NCBI RefSeq assembly: GCF_001194135.2
Contig: NC_068981.1
Span: 128,546,327-128,610,326, forward strand
From: Octopus bimaculoides
Lineage: Eukaryota
Direction of reading: 5' to 3'
DNA length: 64,000 nucleotides
In this document: one piece after another, positions 1-13,379 of the stretch
Numbering within the stretch: position 1 is the stretch's first letter
Layout of the letters: every line of letters begins with the position of its first letter
Position numbers and translations under genes: made by a program
The notes under the pieces: model-generated
The model's input: the letters and a program-made list of their open reading frames with translations, nothing else
What the model was told of the DNA's origin: nothing
Databases searched by the model: none

Positions 1-1490
1 AAGTAACTAATGGATGAAAAAATTTTAAAAGCTGGCAAATAGTGCAGAATCCCATAATTCATTGTGTTGCCAGAGCAACAGTGAAGACTTTATCTTCATC
101 TACTGTATCTCAAACAAGTCAACATGACTGAGATCATTCCATGTCATACTTACAGGAAAAGGTTAATCTGGTCCATGAAATGGATGATAAACTCATCGAC
201 TTTATAGTATTCCTGTGTTTACTGCAAAGATGTATTCCCCCTGTGATACTTATTTACTAATAAAATAGTCAAGATCATAAATGTAAAGTGTCTTAACTAT
301 GTACATAGTGCAGTGAGAATGATATATGGCATGCCATGTAATTTTAACCCTTGATAATTTTAACCCTTTAGCTTTTAAACTGGCCATAGCCAACACAAAT
401 ATTCTACCTGTTTTATGTTTAAACTAGCCTGATCCAGCATCTCTCTCCTACCTACAATGTCATTCTAAAAATAAGCAATCACATCATTAAAGTCTTAAAG
501 TTATGAAACCATGCATGATTAATTCAAAATAATGTGAATAAATAAGCATTACATTTGACAGAATAATCTGAATGCTGAAGATTTAAAGTAATTCCCATTA
601 CTTTTAGAACTGGAACTAAACAAGTTTTAAATTGTTTCAAATTGTTCCAATATGTTATGATTTCCAATATGCATTCAGCATTTTTTTACACAAATTGATA
701 GTATGATAGCCACATAGGGAACAAATAACTATTGAACACAGCTGTAATACTTTTACTTGGACACCATTGTACTTCCTTGCTGTTATTACCATTGCTATGT
801 GCTTATGCTCTGCAATTACTTTGGGGAATGGCATGATCTTCCAAAGTGTTCATGATTAACTGACCTATCTCTTCCCTTTGTTTATTACTGCATTCTTGAA
901 CTTAAAAAATCTTGTATTAATTTACCACAACAGAAATTTTGCCTGTTCAACACATGAAGAGTTAAGGATTGCAGCCAAAATAACTGTCTGTGAAATATTT
1001 TGAAGATCTCCTTTCCAGTAAAATATACTCTTTCACAAGATTAGAACATTCTGAGTTAAATTCGTTCTGTGACCCATAAAATAAGTTATGAACTTAAAGG
1101 CATTCACATTTCTCTTGGTATTCTTTATCTATAGCACATGCTCTTGGAAAGTAGGATCTTAAATTGAAAGCAGTTCTATCAGATCAAACAAGTTCTCATT
1201 GTTTGATTCACTATTCACTGTGATGATCTGTCAAATGCTAAACCAGGTTTCCCCTCCAAAAAAGAACAAAATCAATCATGTACTTCAAAAAATTGCACCA
1301 TCTCATATCTTCAGTTTGGATTGTTGCTTCTAATAACGAGTCAACTCCTTTCCCAGTCTTTGAAATATTCTCCAAGCTATATAATTTGGATCTTTTATTT
1401 GCTGAAAATATGTAGTACAAAGTTTCATAACTCCTCAAGGTGGAGTGGCTAATAGTGTTTTTTTTAGCTTGTATTTCCATCATTCATTAC
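1..1490 (-). mobile_element. Decayed hAT transposase fossil (ZMYM1/DUF4371-like), interrupted by a MITE
   Basis: Minus-strand fragments: RWCNFLKYMIDFVLF..GKPGLAFDRSSQ, SNNENLFDLIELLSI*DPTFQEHV (DUF4371-like), DHAIPQSNCRA*AHSNG (CRAQGYDNG-like), EYYKVDEFIIHFMDQI. Many stops and frameshifts; boundaries approximate. Confidence 0.7.
364..582. mobile_element. piggyBac-like MITE (TTAA-flanked)
   Basis: ttaa|CCCTTTAGC...AATGCTGAAGAT|ttaa. The same ~220 bp family recurs four more times in the window. Confidence 0.65.
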
Positions 1491-4400
1491 TGAATAAAGT
1501 TTCTTGTAACTCTTTTGACAAAGGGTGCTAAAGCTAAATTAATTTGCCATTTCAAATGGCAAATTAGAAGTCAAATTAAATGATAAGGAAGCAAACACAT
1601 TTTGGCAGTATACAATTTGTTTCATATGAATATTATTTATTGCTAAAAAAATTATCATTTATGGTGGCACTACTGGAGTGGCGAGCATTAGGAAAGGCAC
1701 CCAGCCATAGAAACCATGCCAAATCAGACTGGAATTTGGTGCAGCTCTCCAGCTTACCAGTTTCAGTCAAGCTGTCTAACCCCTACTAGCATAGAAAGCA
1801 GACACTAAATGATGATGATGATAATGATTATAAGGACTTTTGGCAGTTGCTGATATAAGAGGGATTGTCTTTAAAAAAATGAATTATTTGATGTTTATAG
1901 GAAAATTACATCAGAGTTAAGCACATTAGTTCTCATTTGCTTATAACAGTTAATTTATAAATTGTTAATGAGTAATTAACAATTCATCACGCAAATCCAG
2001 ACCAATAATATTCTAGATTAGATTCATGTTTTTGCTCAATATAACTTAACTTTACAAAATACTTTCTCTTTACTATCACTGTTATTGGAACAATTTCATG
2101 ATCTACCAATTTACTGTCGTGACATATCATTTGCATACTATATTTAACTTAAAACTTTTGTCCTTCTGTAACTTGGGCCAAGACTTCATAAATATGTTCA
2201 ATTTAGATTTGTGTTTGCTCAACTATTATCAATCATAATTTGTTACAGTAGATTTACACATGTTTGTTAGTACACAGTTGGACCATTTGCATACAGCTTT
2301 ATAACTCTTTTATTATAGAAACACCTGAAATGACTTTTCCAATCTTTGTTAAACTGTCTGTTGTTTTTAGCATTCCACTTTCCCATGATAAGAGGCTGTT
2401 AATAAGATTAGGTAAAAGTTTCCTACCAAATAAAAAATAGTTAGTTTCCTATTATGATCCATGAATATATTATTGAGTGAACTTAATATCTATGATGAAT
2501 TTATCATCTTTTGTGGGTGTGCAAGCACTTGCCCAGCATACCCAGAATACACACCTCTATAATGCAGAAAATGATGGTGTTAAATGTTAGCACAGATAAT
2601 CACTCAGATTGTATGGTTTACCTCACTGTATTGTTTAACAAGCATTCAGTTTTTCATTGCAGTTTAAAGAGTTTCAATGGGCAAAGATTAGATGTCAAAA
2701 CTGCAAAAAAAACAAAAAGGAATTTATTTATTCTTCTTACATATTGAGTCTTTTATACAGTTATTTGTTTAATGTGGTTGTTGATAGGAAGTGTATCTCA
2801 CCATAGAAAACATGTCCAAAGGAACATATGCAGGAGATGAACTTTGAAAGCTGCACTGCTAGTTACCAGTCTAGAAGGATAGTAACTTTAAATAAAAACT
2901 GATACCAGACAGAAATGACTCATACTTTTCTTCACATGGAACAACCTATTTAGTGCTACAGTAAGACATACATAATGCTTTACTTGACCAGATGTTCTTT
3001 AGCTCCAGATCAACCCTGACTATCTGACTGAACTTGCAATTAAATGCATTCCAGCCATAACCAGCCTGTCTTTTTAGGAGTATGTCAGACTACATTGTGA
3101 CCAATGTGTTCTTTCATTTCCTTATGTTGTACAGGATGATTCTAGTAGAATGAGCAACCACTTATAGAATTCCTTCCAAGCCAATTTTCTCTTACTGTAT
3201 ATGCAAGATGATGTGGACTGTGATGTCACTCAGCCCATGGCAGCATGGGAAAATGAATATAAACTTTTGATGATACTGTGTCTTGATAATCCAACTCATG
3301 CCAGCATAGAAAAATGGACATAAGTGCAACAATAAAAATGGACATAGTGCAGCAATAAAAATGGCAAGTAAATTATGCTTATAGCAAACCCACATATACA
3401 AAATCACAAAAAATTGCATCATAAAGACTAGGATTTCTCTCTAGGGAATACTTCAGGCCTGATCATTTGCTCAACTTCTAGAAAGCTCAAGTATGAACCA
3501 TATTGGAGTACTGCATGTATATATGGTATGATGGTGATGCTGCAACCACATTCTCAAGCAATCAAAAGGTCATCCTTCTATTTGACAATGATTCACACCT
3601 TAACATGCTGACAAATGTCTAGTTTCCTTTCTTTGCTTGTTTTATTGATATTACAATAGCTTCAACTCTTCTGAGCTAACTAACTGCATGTTCTTTCTAT
3701 CCAGATACACCCAACCCCTTGAGTTTTACTCTTTCTCTCACTCTTATGGTGCCTGTGTTTCATTTTCTATATTCTAAACTAAAATCTTTGTTCAATTCTT
3801 TCCTAAGACAGCAAACATTTGGAATTTCTTACCTGACCATTCTTTCTGCAAATATTGACCTCCAAAATGTTTTACATCAACTACATTGATCTCACCAATC
3901 TGTGATGAACACTTACTGTCCTTATTCATTTGGCTAGCAAAAAAAAATATTTTATAACAGAAATGGAGACAGACAGGTTGCATTTTTATAAAAGAAATAC
4001 GTTCAGATGTATTGTGGACTGAAAGTAAATGGAGGAACAGAGAAAAGAGAATGAGTATATATGAGACAAAATGATAAGTTGATCAAATAAGTAAATGACT
4101 GGTTTGAATCACTGGACTGTAGTCAAGAAGGTGAATCACTTTCAAGATTTTCCACTTGATCATATTGATCCTAATACTTTTTTCACCTGGTACTTATTTT
4201 ATTAATCAATATCATATTGCTAAGTTACATATTTGAACACAAAACCATTTTTTATCATGATAATTGTAAACACAAGACATGGATACAGATGTAGACACAT
4301 GCTTGTAAATAGATGCAAAGTCTAAATCTTCTTTTCAGTCTCATGTGTTTACACTAACCATACAACTTTGTTTTGCAAAGCACTTATAGCAAATCATTAT

Positions 4401-4960
4401 AAAGATCTAATATTGTTGCTAAGCAAAAACCTTCCTGTCCTCAGCTAGCAATAGAAACAGTCATTTGTGAGAATTCAAGAACAATAGATACAAGAAGTGG
4501 TAAAGCTAAACCAATCTTTAGTGCCGTGATTGAGGGTTGGTTTTTGTCTTCTTTGCAATAACGAACTGCTTATTCCAGCTGCCTCAAACATTATGGCTGT
4601 TTTGTTTGCTTTGTGCATTCCTTAACATATAAGTGAATGATAGAATAAATAAATAGACAAATTAAACAGTCAGCATTCTCTCAATAACTACAGACATTAT
4701 TGTGCCTATTATGATTGTGATGGTCATGGTAATAATTATGAAAGTGAAGAGGGTGAAAATAATGACAACAACAATGATATTGGTAACCATCAAGAGAAAG
4801 AAGATGATGATGAGAATAGCAATGATAATAATGATAGCATCAGTGGAAGTAGACGATATTGGTGATGATGTTTTAAATGCATGATTTTAAAGTAGATAGA
4901 TGTGTTGATGATGGCAGTAATATTAGGGATGCTGGAAGTGATGATAATGACGATCATCAA

Positions 4961-5044
4961 GGTGCTGGTGCTGGTGCTGGTGCTGGTGGTGCTGGTGCTG
5001 GTGCTGGTGGTGCTGGTGCTGGTGGTGCTGGTGCTGGTGCTGGT
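4961..5044. repeat. (GGTGCT)n/(GGT) microsatellite in low-complexity DNA
   Basis: Direct reading; flanked by (GAT/AAT)-type degenerate trinucleotide sequence. Confidence 0.95.
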
Positions 5045-5214
5045 ATGATGATAGTGAAGGAGGAGGATGGTAATGATAACAGCAACAACATTGATTATAT
5101 GTTATTTTATTTATTGCAATGGCCAAAAATGATATGGTAAATATGCTGAAGTTAGTCAGTCTGTAGTTATGGTCAGTGGTGACAGTGATGGTAATGGTGA
5201 TGGCAATAATTGTC

Positions 5215-5772
5215 ATCATCATCATCATTTACCATCCACTTTTTGTGCTAGCATGGGTTAGATGGTTTGACAGGGACTGGTAAGCCAGAGAGCTGTACCA
5301 AGCCCCTGTCTGATTTGGCTTGGTTTCTATGGCTGGATGCCTTTCCTAATACCATTTACTCCAAGAGTGTAGTGGGTGTCTTTTTATGTGTCACCGGCAC
5401 AGGTGCCTTTTATGTGTCACTGGCACAGGTGCCTTTTACTTATCATCAGCACTGGCCATGACTTGACTTGACGTGTCTTCTCAAGCACAACAAATCACCA
5501 AAGGTCTCAATCACTTGTCATCGCTTCCATGAGAATGGAAGATCATGCTTCACCACTTCATTTCATGGCTTCTTGGGTCTACCTCTTCCCCAGGTTCCCT
5601 CCACAGTTAGAGATTGGCATCTCTTTATGCAGCTGTCCTTGTCCAAATGCATCATATGACCATACTGGTACAGTTTTCTCTCTTGCACACCACGTCTGTT
5701 GCCTCTTATGCCCAATTTTTCTCTCAAGATGCTTGCATTCTGTCATATGTGCACACTGACATTGCACATCTA
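5215..5772 (-). mobile_element. 5'-truncated RTE LINE 3' end
   Basis: (CAT)n tail. Minus-strand remnant ..CKHLERKIGHKRQQTWCAREKTVPVWSYDAFGQGQLHKE matches the RTE C-terminus seen at 20235-20651 and 44263-44580. Confidence 0.8.
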
Positions 5773-6069
5773 GCAAAGATGGCAATAATAATAGTGACAA
5801 AGAGGATAATGATACCAAGAGAAACAATGCAGACAATTGGTGTGCTGCCAGTGGTAGAAATAGTATCTCTGTTATTGTTTATCATGATAATGATAACAGA
5901 ATCACTTTATCCCGCTGTTTCTCATAACCCAGCCTTCAGTGGTGACGTAATAAGTTAGTGAGTTTTAACTTACCTTCCTATGTTGGTAAAATAAAACACT
6001 AGTCAAGTAGTGAAGTTGATTTGATCCCCCATCCCCAAATTTCAGACCCTGTGCCTATTTTAGAAACAA

Positions 6070-6900
6070 TAATTATGATGGTGGATTGGCAGAACTGTCA
6101 AGGTATTGCTAAAAATGCCTTGAAGTATTTGTTTCAACTCTTTACATTCTGGGTTTGAATTCTGCCAAAATCAACTTTGCCTTTCTTCATTCTGGGATCA
6201 ATAAAATACAGTACCAGTTAAATACTGGATTGATGTAATCAACTAATCCCTCTTCTCCTAATTTGTGGTCTTGTGCTTATGTTAAAAAGTTATTATTATT
6301 ACTGATAATATATGCTTAGCAGCATTTCATACATCTTTACACTGTGAATTCAAATTCCACCGAGGTCGACTTCACATTTCTTCCTATCAGGGTTGATAAA
6401 ATAAGTACTAGTTGAACACTGGGTACATGTAATTGACTAGCTCCCTCCCACCAAATTTCAGGCCTTGTGTCAAAATTAGAAAGGATTATCATGATATTAT
6501 TATGATATTGGTTCATGATATTGGTTTAGCAAAATTGTTAGAGCTTCTGAAACAATACCTTATAGTATTTTTTCCCACATTTTATGCTCTAAGTTCAAAT
6601 TCAGCTGATGTTAGCTTTGCTTTTCAAAGTTTTGGGGTCAGGAAAATAAAGTACCAATCAAATACTGGAGCTAGTGGTATCAACTTACTCCTTTCCCTCA
6701 AAATTGTGACTTTTGTGCCTAAATCAAAACCATTTAAGAGCATCAGACAAATGACTTATAATATTTGTTCTTACTCTTTACAAACCCCTTCTTAAATCCC
6801 ACTAAGGTCAACTTTGCCTTTCATCTCCCAGAGGTCAATTAAATAAAAAAAACAGTTAAGGACTGAGGTTGACTAACTTTTTCCCTTAAAAATTTCGCAA
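6070..6900 (+). mobile_element. Array of about 4 older tRNA-derived SINE copies (family A)
   Basis: Repeated ttctgagttcaaattc..gactttgcctttcatcc..taaaataagtaccagt core separated by ATT-rich tails. Confidence 0.75.
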
Positions 6901-7329
6901 TTCTACACTCACATCATTTGGCTGGTTTAGAGGCAAAAAACTCCCTGTGCCCATTTTGTCAACTGTTTCCAAGCAAGGTAATATTTCCCGATGGTCAAAC
7001 ATGTTCTCACAGAATATTGGAAAGGAATGCTTGTATGACAATTATTTTACAACTATTACACAATGTCAAGACAAAGTGACAAAAACACGCACACAAACAC
7101 AACACACATACATACTCCTATGACTACCATCATTGTCGTTATTATTATTATTATTATCATTTGAAGAAAAAGATTTTTTTTTAAATGGGATTAAAACACA
7201 AACACACATACATACTCCTATGACCACCGTTATCATCATTATTATCATTATCATTTGAAGAAAAGAATTTTTTAAAACAAAAAGATTAAAAATAAAAGAA
7301 GCTGCATCTATTTATTTTATTTGAGTCCA

Positions 7330-7700
7330 GGTATTGATTTTGCAAAGAAGTTACAATGGGGACAATTGTGATTTTGATTTTGTCTGGGATTGGACAAATG
7401 TGTCTGTTGATTGCAGGATATAATTCTTTTATTGTTCTGTTGCTTCAACTCAAATTGTTTAGATGCATCATAACACATTTTATGTCGCTCAGATCAATCT
7501 AGGCAATAACTTCCCCAAGGTGCTAAATTAAGCTGCAGATTTTTGTGATTTGACCATACAAAAGAATTTTTATGGAATCTGATCATCTTGCATTTGAACA
7601 GCATATCCTGCTCATCTGCACTAAATTCACAACAGCATGCTTCCGATACTGGAGATATCACATTTTTCTAAGATTTTAACAACTGATATCTTATTTTGCT
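7330..7700 (-). mobile_element. Decayed RTE-type LINE C-terminal fragment
   Basis: Minus strand ILEKCDISSIGSMLL*I*CR*AGYAVQMQDDQIP*KFF resembles the LRWAGHVVRM.D.R.PK motif. Confidence 0.55.
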
Positions 7701-7993
7701 ATTTAATGTTGCAGATATTGCACAGACAGCACATGTGAAAGACTTCAAGTTTCAAATAATAATAACAACAACAACATTTTTTCTGAAAGGAGGGATTAGT
7801 TGATACCATTGGTTCCAGTATTTGACTAGTACTTTATTTTATTGACCTCAAAAGATGAAAAACATAGTTGACTTTATTGTTGTATTTGGGGATGGTCATG
7901 TTGCCAGTTTAGCCAATAAAAACACACGCACTGTATATTTGGTGTTAATTTGCTTCAGCTTTATATTACATTACATTACATTAATCATATTTC

Positions 7994-8038
7994 GGCCAGA
8001 GTTCTTCCGTCACACTTCTGTGACCTCATCAGTGGTCC
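7994..8038 (-). ncRNA. Penelope-type minimal hammerhead ribozyme motif, core mutated (GAAA>GGAA)
   Basis: Minus strand: GGACCA CTGATGA G GTCACA GAAG TGTGAC GGAA GAAC TC TGGCC. Helices I, II and a minimal helix III can all be drawn. Confidence 0.6.
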
Positions 8039-8439
8039 TTTGCTTTCTTCTCTCTTATATGTGTGTCCCTCCTTGCTAACGATCAGCCATTTTGTATTTT
8101 GTATTCCTATTGTATGTGTCTACTCATGCATATCCCTCTATGTGTGTCTATGTTTTGTAGGTGCATGTGTGTGTATGGGGAGTGCCTCTATTATCTGTAT
8201 CTTCTGTTAATACATGTTCGTTTATTTTGTTTTTATTTATTTATTTGTTCATGTGTTTATACCTACTTTTTTTTGTTTTGGTTTTTGTTTTTTGTTTTGG
8301 TTTTTGTTTTTTGTATTTAATTTAATTTTGTTAACGTATGTAGTATTTAATTCCATTTGTTTATCTATGTATTGTATTATATTATGTTCATATTGTTATC
8401 GGTTTATGGGGATTTTATTGTCATATGTTGTGGTTTGTT

Positions 8440-8983
8440 GACTTTGGCTGAATTCAAATCCTGCTAGGTCAATGTGGGGTTAATAAAATAAAGTGTCAAT
8501 GAAATACTGGGCTCAATGGTCTTGACTTACCCCATCCCCTCAAAATTGCTGGCTTTTTGCCTAAATTAGAAAGTAGATGGCAGCAAGCTGCTCCTTTCAG
8601 CTTTACATTCTGAGTTCAAATTCCACTGTGGTTGATTCTGCCTTTCATCCTTTAGGGGTTCAATAAAATAAGTAACAGTTGAACTTCAGGGTTAATATAA
8701 TCAACAAGCCCTCCCCAACAAAATTTCCAGCCTTGCGCTAATAGTAGAAAAGATTAATGTTGTTGTTGTTGTTAATGCAGTAAGCTGGCAGAATCGTAGA
8801 CACACCAGGCAAAATATTTAGTAGCATTTCATCCATCTTTACACTCTGAGTTCAAATTTTGCTGATGTCAACTTTGCCTTTCATCCTTTTGGGGTCAATG
8901 AAATAAGTACCAGTTGAGCACTGGGGTCGACATAATCAACTTACCCCCTCCCAAAATTGCTGGCCTTGTGCCAAAATTTGAAA

Positions 8984-9047
<64 letters not shown>
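8440..9047 (+). mobile_element. Three head-to-tail family-A SINEs ending in a long (ATT)n tail
   Basis: Three repeats of the gagttcaaatt..gcctttcatcc..aataagtaccag core; (ATT)n at about 8985-9047. Confidence 0.8.
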
Positions 9048-9048
<1 letters not shown>

Positions 9049-10690
9049 GCCTTTGCACAGCTTCTAACCCTGAGATGTATTACAGTGTCAGCTGTTCACT
9101 ACCAGTGAACTAAGGTAACACCTCTTATTTTTCGAGCGGTTCCAAGCAGTACTGTTTTCTGCAAGTGCTCCATCCTTATTGCAGCCCCTATTTGTTCCAC
9201 GTACTTCTCGAGATTTTTGCTCACTGTTTCCAGAGCTCTAACACACTTATTTATACTACTGCTACCTTTTTCATTGACCGCAACTGCTTAACTTCCCAAG
9301 CCAACCTGTCATATCTCTTGACTTTTCTTTCTTCCTTATTACATACCTTTTTGTCAGCCGGGCATGCTATATCTATGATCCAGCATAGTCTGTTTTCATT
9401 CTCAATTAAGACTATGTCCAGCTTCCTATTCTCTACCTCATGGTCGCACTGAATCATAAAATCCCATAGGATCTTTGCATTTCCATTTTCAATGATGCCT
9501 TCAGGTTTGTGGTTGTACCAATTTTTTGCTCTGTCAAGTCCATACTTGTTGCAAAGTGTCCAATGGACAAGCCTGGCTATATTGTTGTGGCATCTCTTAT
9601 ATTCCTTCTAGGCTAGTGGCGTACATTGACTGGTAATATGCCATACAGTTTTACCGTTTTATCCACAGATTCTGCACTTATCACTTTCTGCTGTGTTGTC
9701 TATTCTGTGTTTTATGTAGTTTGTTCTTAGTGCTTGCTCTTGGGCAGCACAGATTAGAGCCTCCGTTTCCGGTTTTAAATCACTTTTAGTCATCCACAGC
9801 CATCTTTTTTCTCTGTCTGTCAACATCACTATAAAAATGATCATGCATTCTTTTCTTTACCCACCTATTTTCAGTTTCATTTGTCTTCAATTTCTTATAT
9901 AGTGCTTTATCTTTGAAATCTTTCATCCTACACAAGCCTGATCTTCTTACTTCTAATAATAGCAGTTCTGTAGCATTTTTCACATACCATGCTATGTTGT
10001 TTTCTTCTGCTCTAATGCTGTGTTTGCATCCAATAAGTCCTCTTCCCCCTCTTTTTCTTGGTACCTACAACAGTCTGTCTGTGTTGCTTTTTGGGTGGAG
10101 TAACCCATATCTAGTTAGCAACTTCCTTGTCTTTCTGTCTAAGCTGTTTAGTTCGTCTACTATCCATGCGAGTACCCCTGCTCCATATCTAAAGAGTGAA
10201 ACCGCCCAGGCTTCAATCTTATTCCATCCATTTAATTTCAACCTAAGGATCAGTCTCAATCTGCGCAAGTACTCCACCTTAAATTTTTCTGTCATTTCTT
10301 TCTCCATCAATTTATCCATTTCCAAAATCCCCAAGTACTTATAGCCCGTCTCTTCTATCTGCCTCATAACCTCCCTGACGGTATCGTTAGCCCATCCATA
10401 CATTTGATTTTACCTCTCTTCAAGACTAACACACCACATTTTCTCAGTTCAAACTCCATTCCGATATCAGCACTGAAGGTAGACACTGTATCAACAAGGG
10501 TACTGACTTGAGCTTCATCTTTACCATAAAGTTTGAGGTCATCATTCAATAAAAAACGGTTGACTTTTTGTTGGCGGCTTTTGAATACATACCCAGCTTT
10601 TGCTTACCTCAGAATCAGTGTTAGTGGTATCAAGCACAGTACAAAGATCAATGGGGACAGGCAGTTCCCTTGGAAGATGCCCATCCCATC
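9048..10690 (-). mobile_element. R4/Dong-clade non-LTR retrotransposon, 5'-truncated and decayed (RT C-half, CCHC, RLE endonuclease)
   Basis: GIFQGNCLSPLIFVLCLIPL, MNDDLKLYGK, GYKYLGILE, PETEALICAAQEQALRTNY, CRICG, RKLDIVLIENENRLCWIIDIACP. 3' end abuts (TAA)n. Confidence 0.92.
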
Positions 10691-10844
10691 TTATTTTCAG
10701 ATGTAATATAGTTATGACTAGATGTTTTCCTGTTTATTAAAATGGCCAGGTGTGATTTGAAGCCAATTCGACTGCTATTTTAGTAGCTCAACTGGCTGTA
10801 TAGAAGTTTCGTGTGTGTTTCCTATGTCTTTTGTGTTCTATGTT

Positions 10845-11290
10845 TTTTATCTTTTACTTGTTTCAGTCATTAAGTCATTAGTGGACATGCTGGAGCATTG
10901 CCTTGAAGAATCTTTAGTTGAATGAATCGAGCTTAGTACTTTTTTTTTTTGTTTTAAAAAGCCTAGTACCTATTCTGTTGGTCTCTTTGCCAAACTGCTA
11001 AGCTACAGGGGACATAAACACACCTCCACTGGTTGTCAAGCACAGACACAAAGACATACGCACATAGATATGTAACCCATGCCAGTATGGAAAACAGATG
11101 GTGAAAGATGGATGATGATTTATACAATGGGCTTCTTTTCAGTTTCTGTCTACTAAATCCACTCACAAGGCTTTGGTTGACCCAAGGCTATGGTAAAAAA
11201 GATGCTTGTCCAAGGTGCCACAGAATGGGACTGAACCCAGAACCATGTAGTTGGGAAGCAAACTTCTTACAACACAGCCAGACCTTTGCC
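10845..11290 (-). mobile_element. tRNA-derived SINE family B
   Basis: Reverse complement of the 12793-13204 element (ccactcacaaggctttgg, ctgaacccagaaccatg). Confidence 0.8.
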
Positions 11291-12792
11291 TATATATTTT
11301 TAGGAAAGAACACTATCAAGTTATCTGTACTGTATCAAATAATACTATTTTTTTTATATATCAAGATATATGATGCATAGAATGTTTTTTTTTTTTCTGT
11401 TTACGATTTTTAATTCTATAACGTCTATTGTTAATAATTCTTAGCACTTCAAATACTATACAAAGAAGAAGTGGCAAATTTGAAAGCTTGGAAAATCTCT
11501 AAGGATTCTGTGTGTTTAGACATCATTGTTGCATGCCAGTAATTATAATGCCTTGATTGTTGCAGAATTACTGATATTTGAATAATTTATAAATACATTC
11601 TGTTATTCTTTTACTGGTTTCAGTCACCGGACTGCAACCATGGTGAACAGCCATCTTCAAAGATTTCCATATCAACCCAGTATTTATTTGAGTTTGGTAC
11701 TAATTTTATTAATCTATATTTTATTGAATTGCTTAATGTCGACTGCATAACCTGTACATAATGTATTGCTCTTGATTGGTTTTAAGATAGTTTCTTCTGC
11801 CAACTATTTTAACATCCTTTCAGATTTACCTTAATCTTGTTCATATTTGCCTGATATTCACCAGTTAGGACATTGTTTTTTTAAATCTTTAGTCATAACA
11901 AGGAATTCATACTCTATGTATTTTCTTTGCTTTTTTAACTAGTGTACTGTTCTTCTCTTCAGTTGTATGCTGTACCTATTTGTCTCCTAATCAAGAGAAA
12001 ATATTATATTTTTACTTGTATATTAATCAAAGTATTCAGTATTATAGACCCATTTCAGCCAGTCTTATCATTTGGTTTCTCACTGAATATTAGATAACAG
12101 GATGATATCTAAATACACATACTCTGTGGAGATGGCCAACCCATGTATTTAGATAACTGCCCTGTCATCTAATATCTGGTAAGATTGGCTTAAATCAATA
12201 TAATACTGTACATTTATAATTATAGTTATAATAATTTTCTTCTTATTAGGGGCTTTTTCACCTTTAGTGTATTGTACTCAACAGACTGTTCTTGTTTTGT
12301 CAAACCATATCTCATTTAGTCAAATTTTGTCTACACTGGATTTACTGTTGTGCATTTTTATCTTATCACAAGCTTTTTTGCTGTGTTTTTTTCTTTTAGC
12401 TCAATTTATAATTTACTATATTCAAAGTTATACTTAATTACTGAGGCTGCTAATTATCTTATTTGATTTTATATTTAGTTATGATCCTAATATCGATCTG
12501 ATTTAAATAGGTTTCTTCATTTTTATTTGCTGTATATTGCCAACATTAATTCATTCCTAACTATTTCAGAAAGTGTTCTTCTAGTTTTTTTTTTATTTTT
12601 AGATTTATTTTTATCTTGATTCTGTTATTGTTGGCTTTATATTTAAGATATCTGACACATTTCTCAAGACCCTTGTGTAGTTGTGAATGTTTTTGCTAAA
12701 TTGAATTGTTTGGAGAAGGACCAACTTATTGTCATTGCTCATATATACAGATGTTTCAAAAATTTAGCATATTATGCAAAAATAGAATATTT

Positions 12793-13204
12793 AGGAGTTG
12801 CTGTGTGGTAAGTAGCTTGCTTACCAACCACATGGTTCCGGGTTCAATCCCACTGCATGACACCTTGAGTACGTGTCTTTTACTATAGCCTTGGGCCGAC
12901 CAAAGCCTTGTGAGTGGATTTGGTAGACGGAAGCTGAAAGAAGCCTGTCATATATATGTATATATATATATGTATGTGTGTGTATATGTTTGTGTGTCTG
13001 TGTTTGTACCCCCGACATCGCTTGACAACCAATGCTGGTGTGTTTACGTCCCCGTAACTTAGCGGTTCAGCTAAAGAGACCGATAGAATAAGTACTAGGC
13101 TTACAAAGAATAAGTCCTGGGGTCGATTTGCTCGACTAAAAGGCAGTGTTCCAGCATGGCCACAGTCAAATGACTGAAACGAGTAAAAGAGTAAAAGAGT
13201 AAAG
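12793..13204 (+). mobile_element. tRNA-derived SINE family B, full length, internal (TA)/(TG) microsatellite, (AAAAGAGT)n tail
   Basis: A-box-like tgctgtgtggtaag and B-box ggttcaatccc. Further copies at about 14510-14955(-), 18830-19266(-), 24490-24650(+), 33969-34397(+), 34820-35200(-), 49290-49455(+). Confidence 0.85.
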
Positions 13205-13379
13205 AGAGAGAGAGTTAAGTCAGGACATCAAAATTCCAATTGCTTGAAGTTTATGACATCTAAACTGATCTATTCCCACTATTTCATTGGTATAAGCTAA
13301 GATTTATGGTTTCCATGTGGGGTTCATTAAAAATACATTATTTAAAAAAAAATTATGACTTTACACCTGTTTGACACAG

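Noticed and set aside
1238-1483. ORF containing SKTGKGVDSLLEAT, like a GTPase G5 motif
   Set aside because: The frame continues into hAT DUF4371-like motifs with stops; better explained as transposase fossil.
4877-5228. Gly-Ala-rich ORF (+) and His-Gln-rich ORF (-), reminiscent of fibroin or beak proteins
   Set aside because: Both are just readings of one (GGTGCT)n microsatellite in low-complexity DNA; no signal peptide, splice support or non-repetitive domain.
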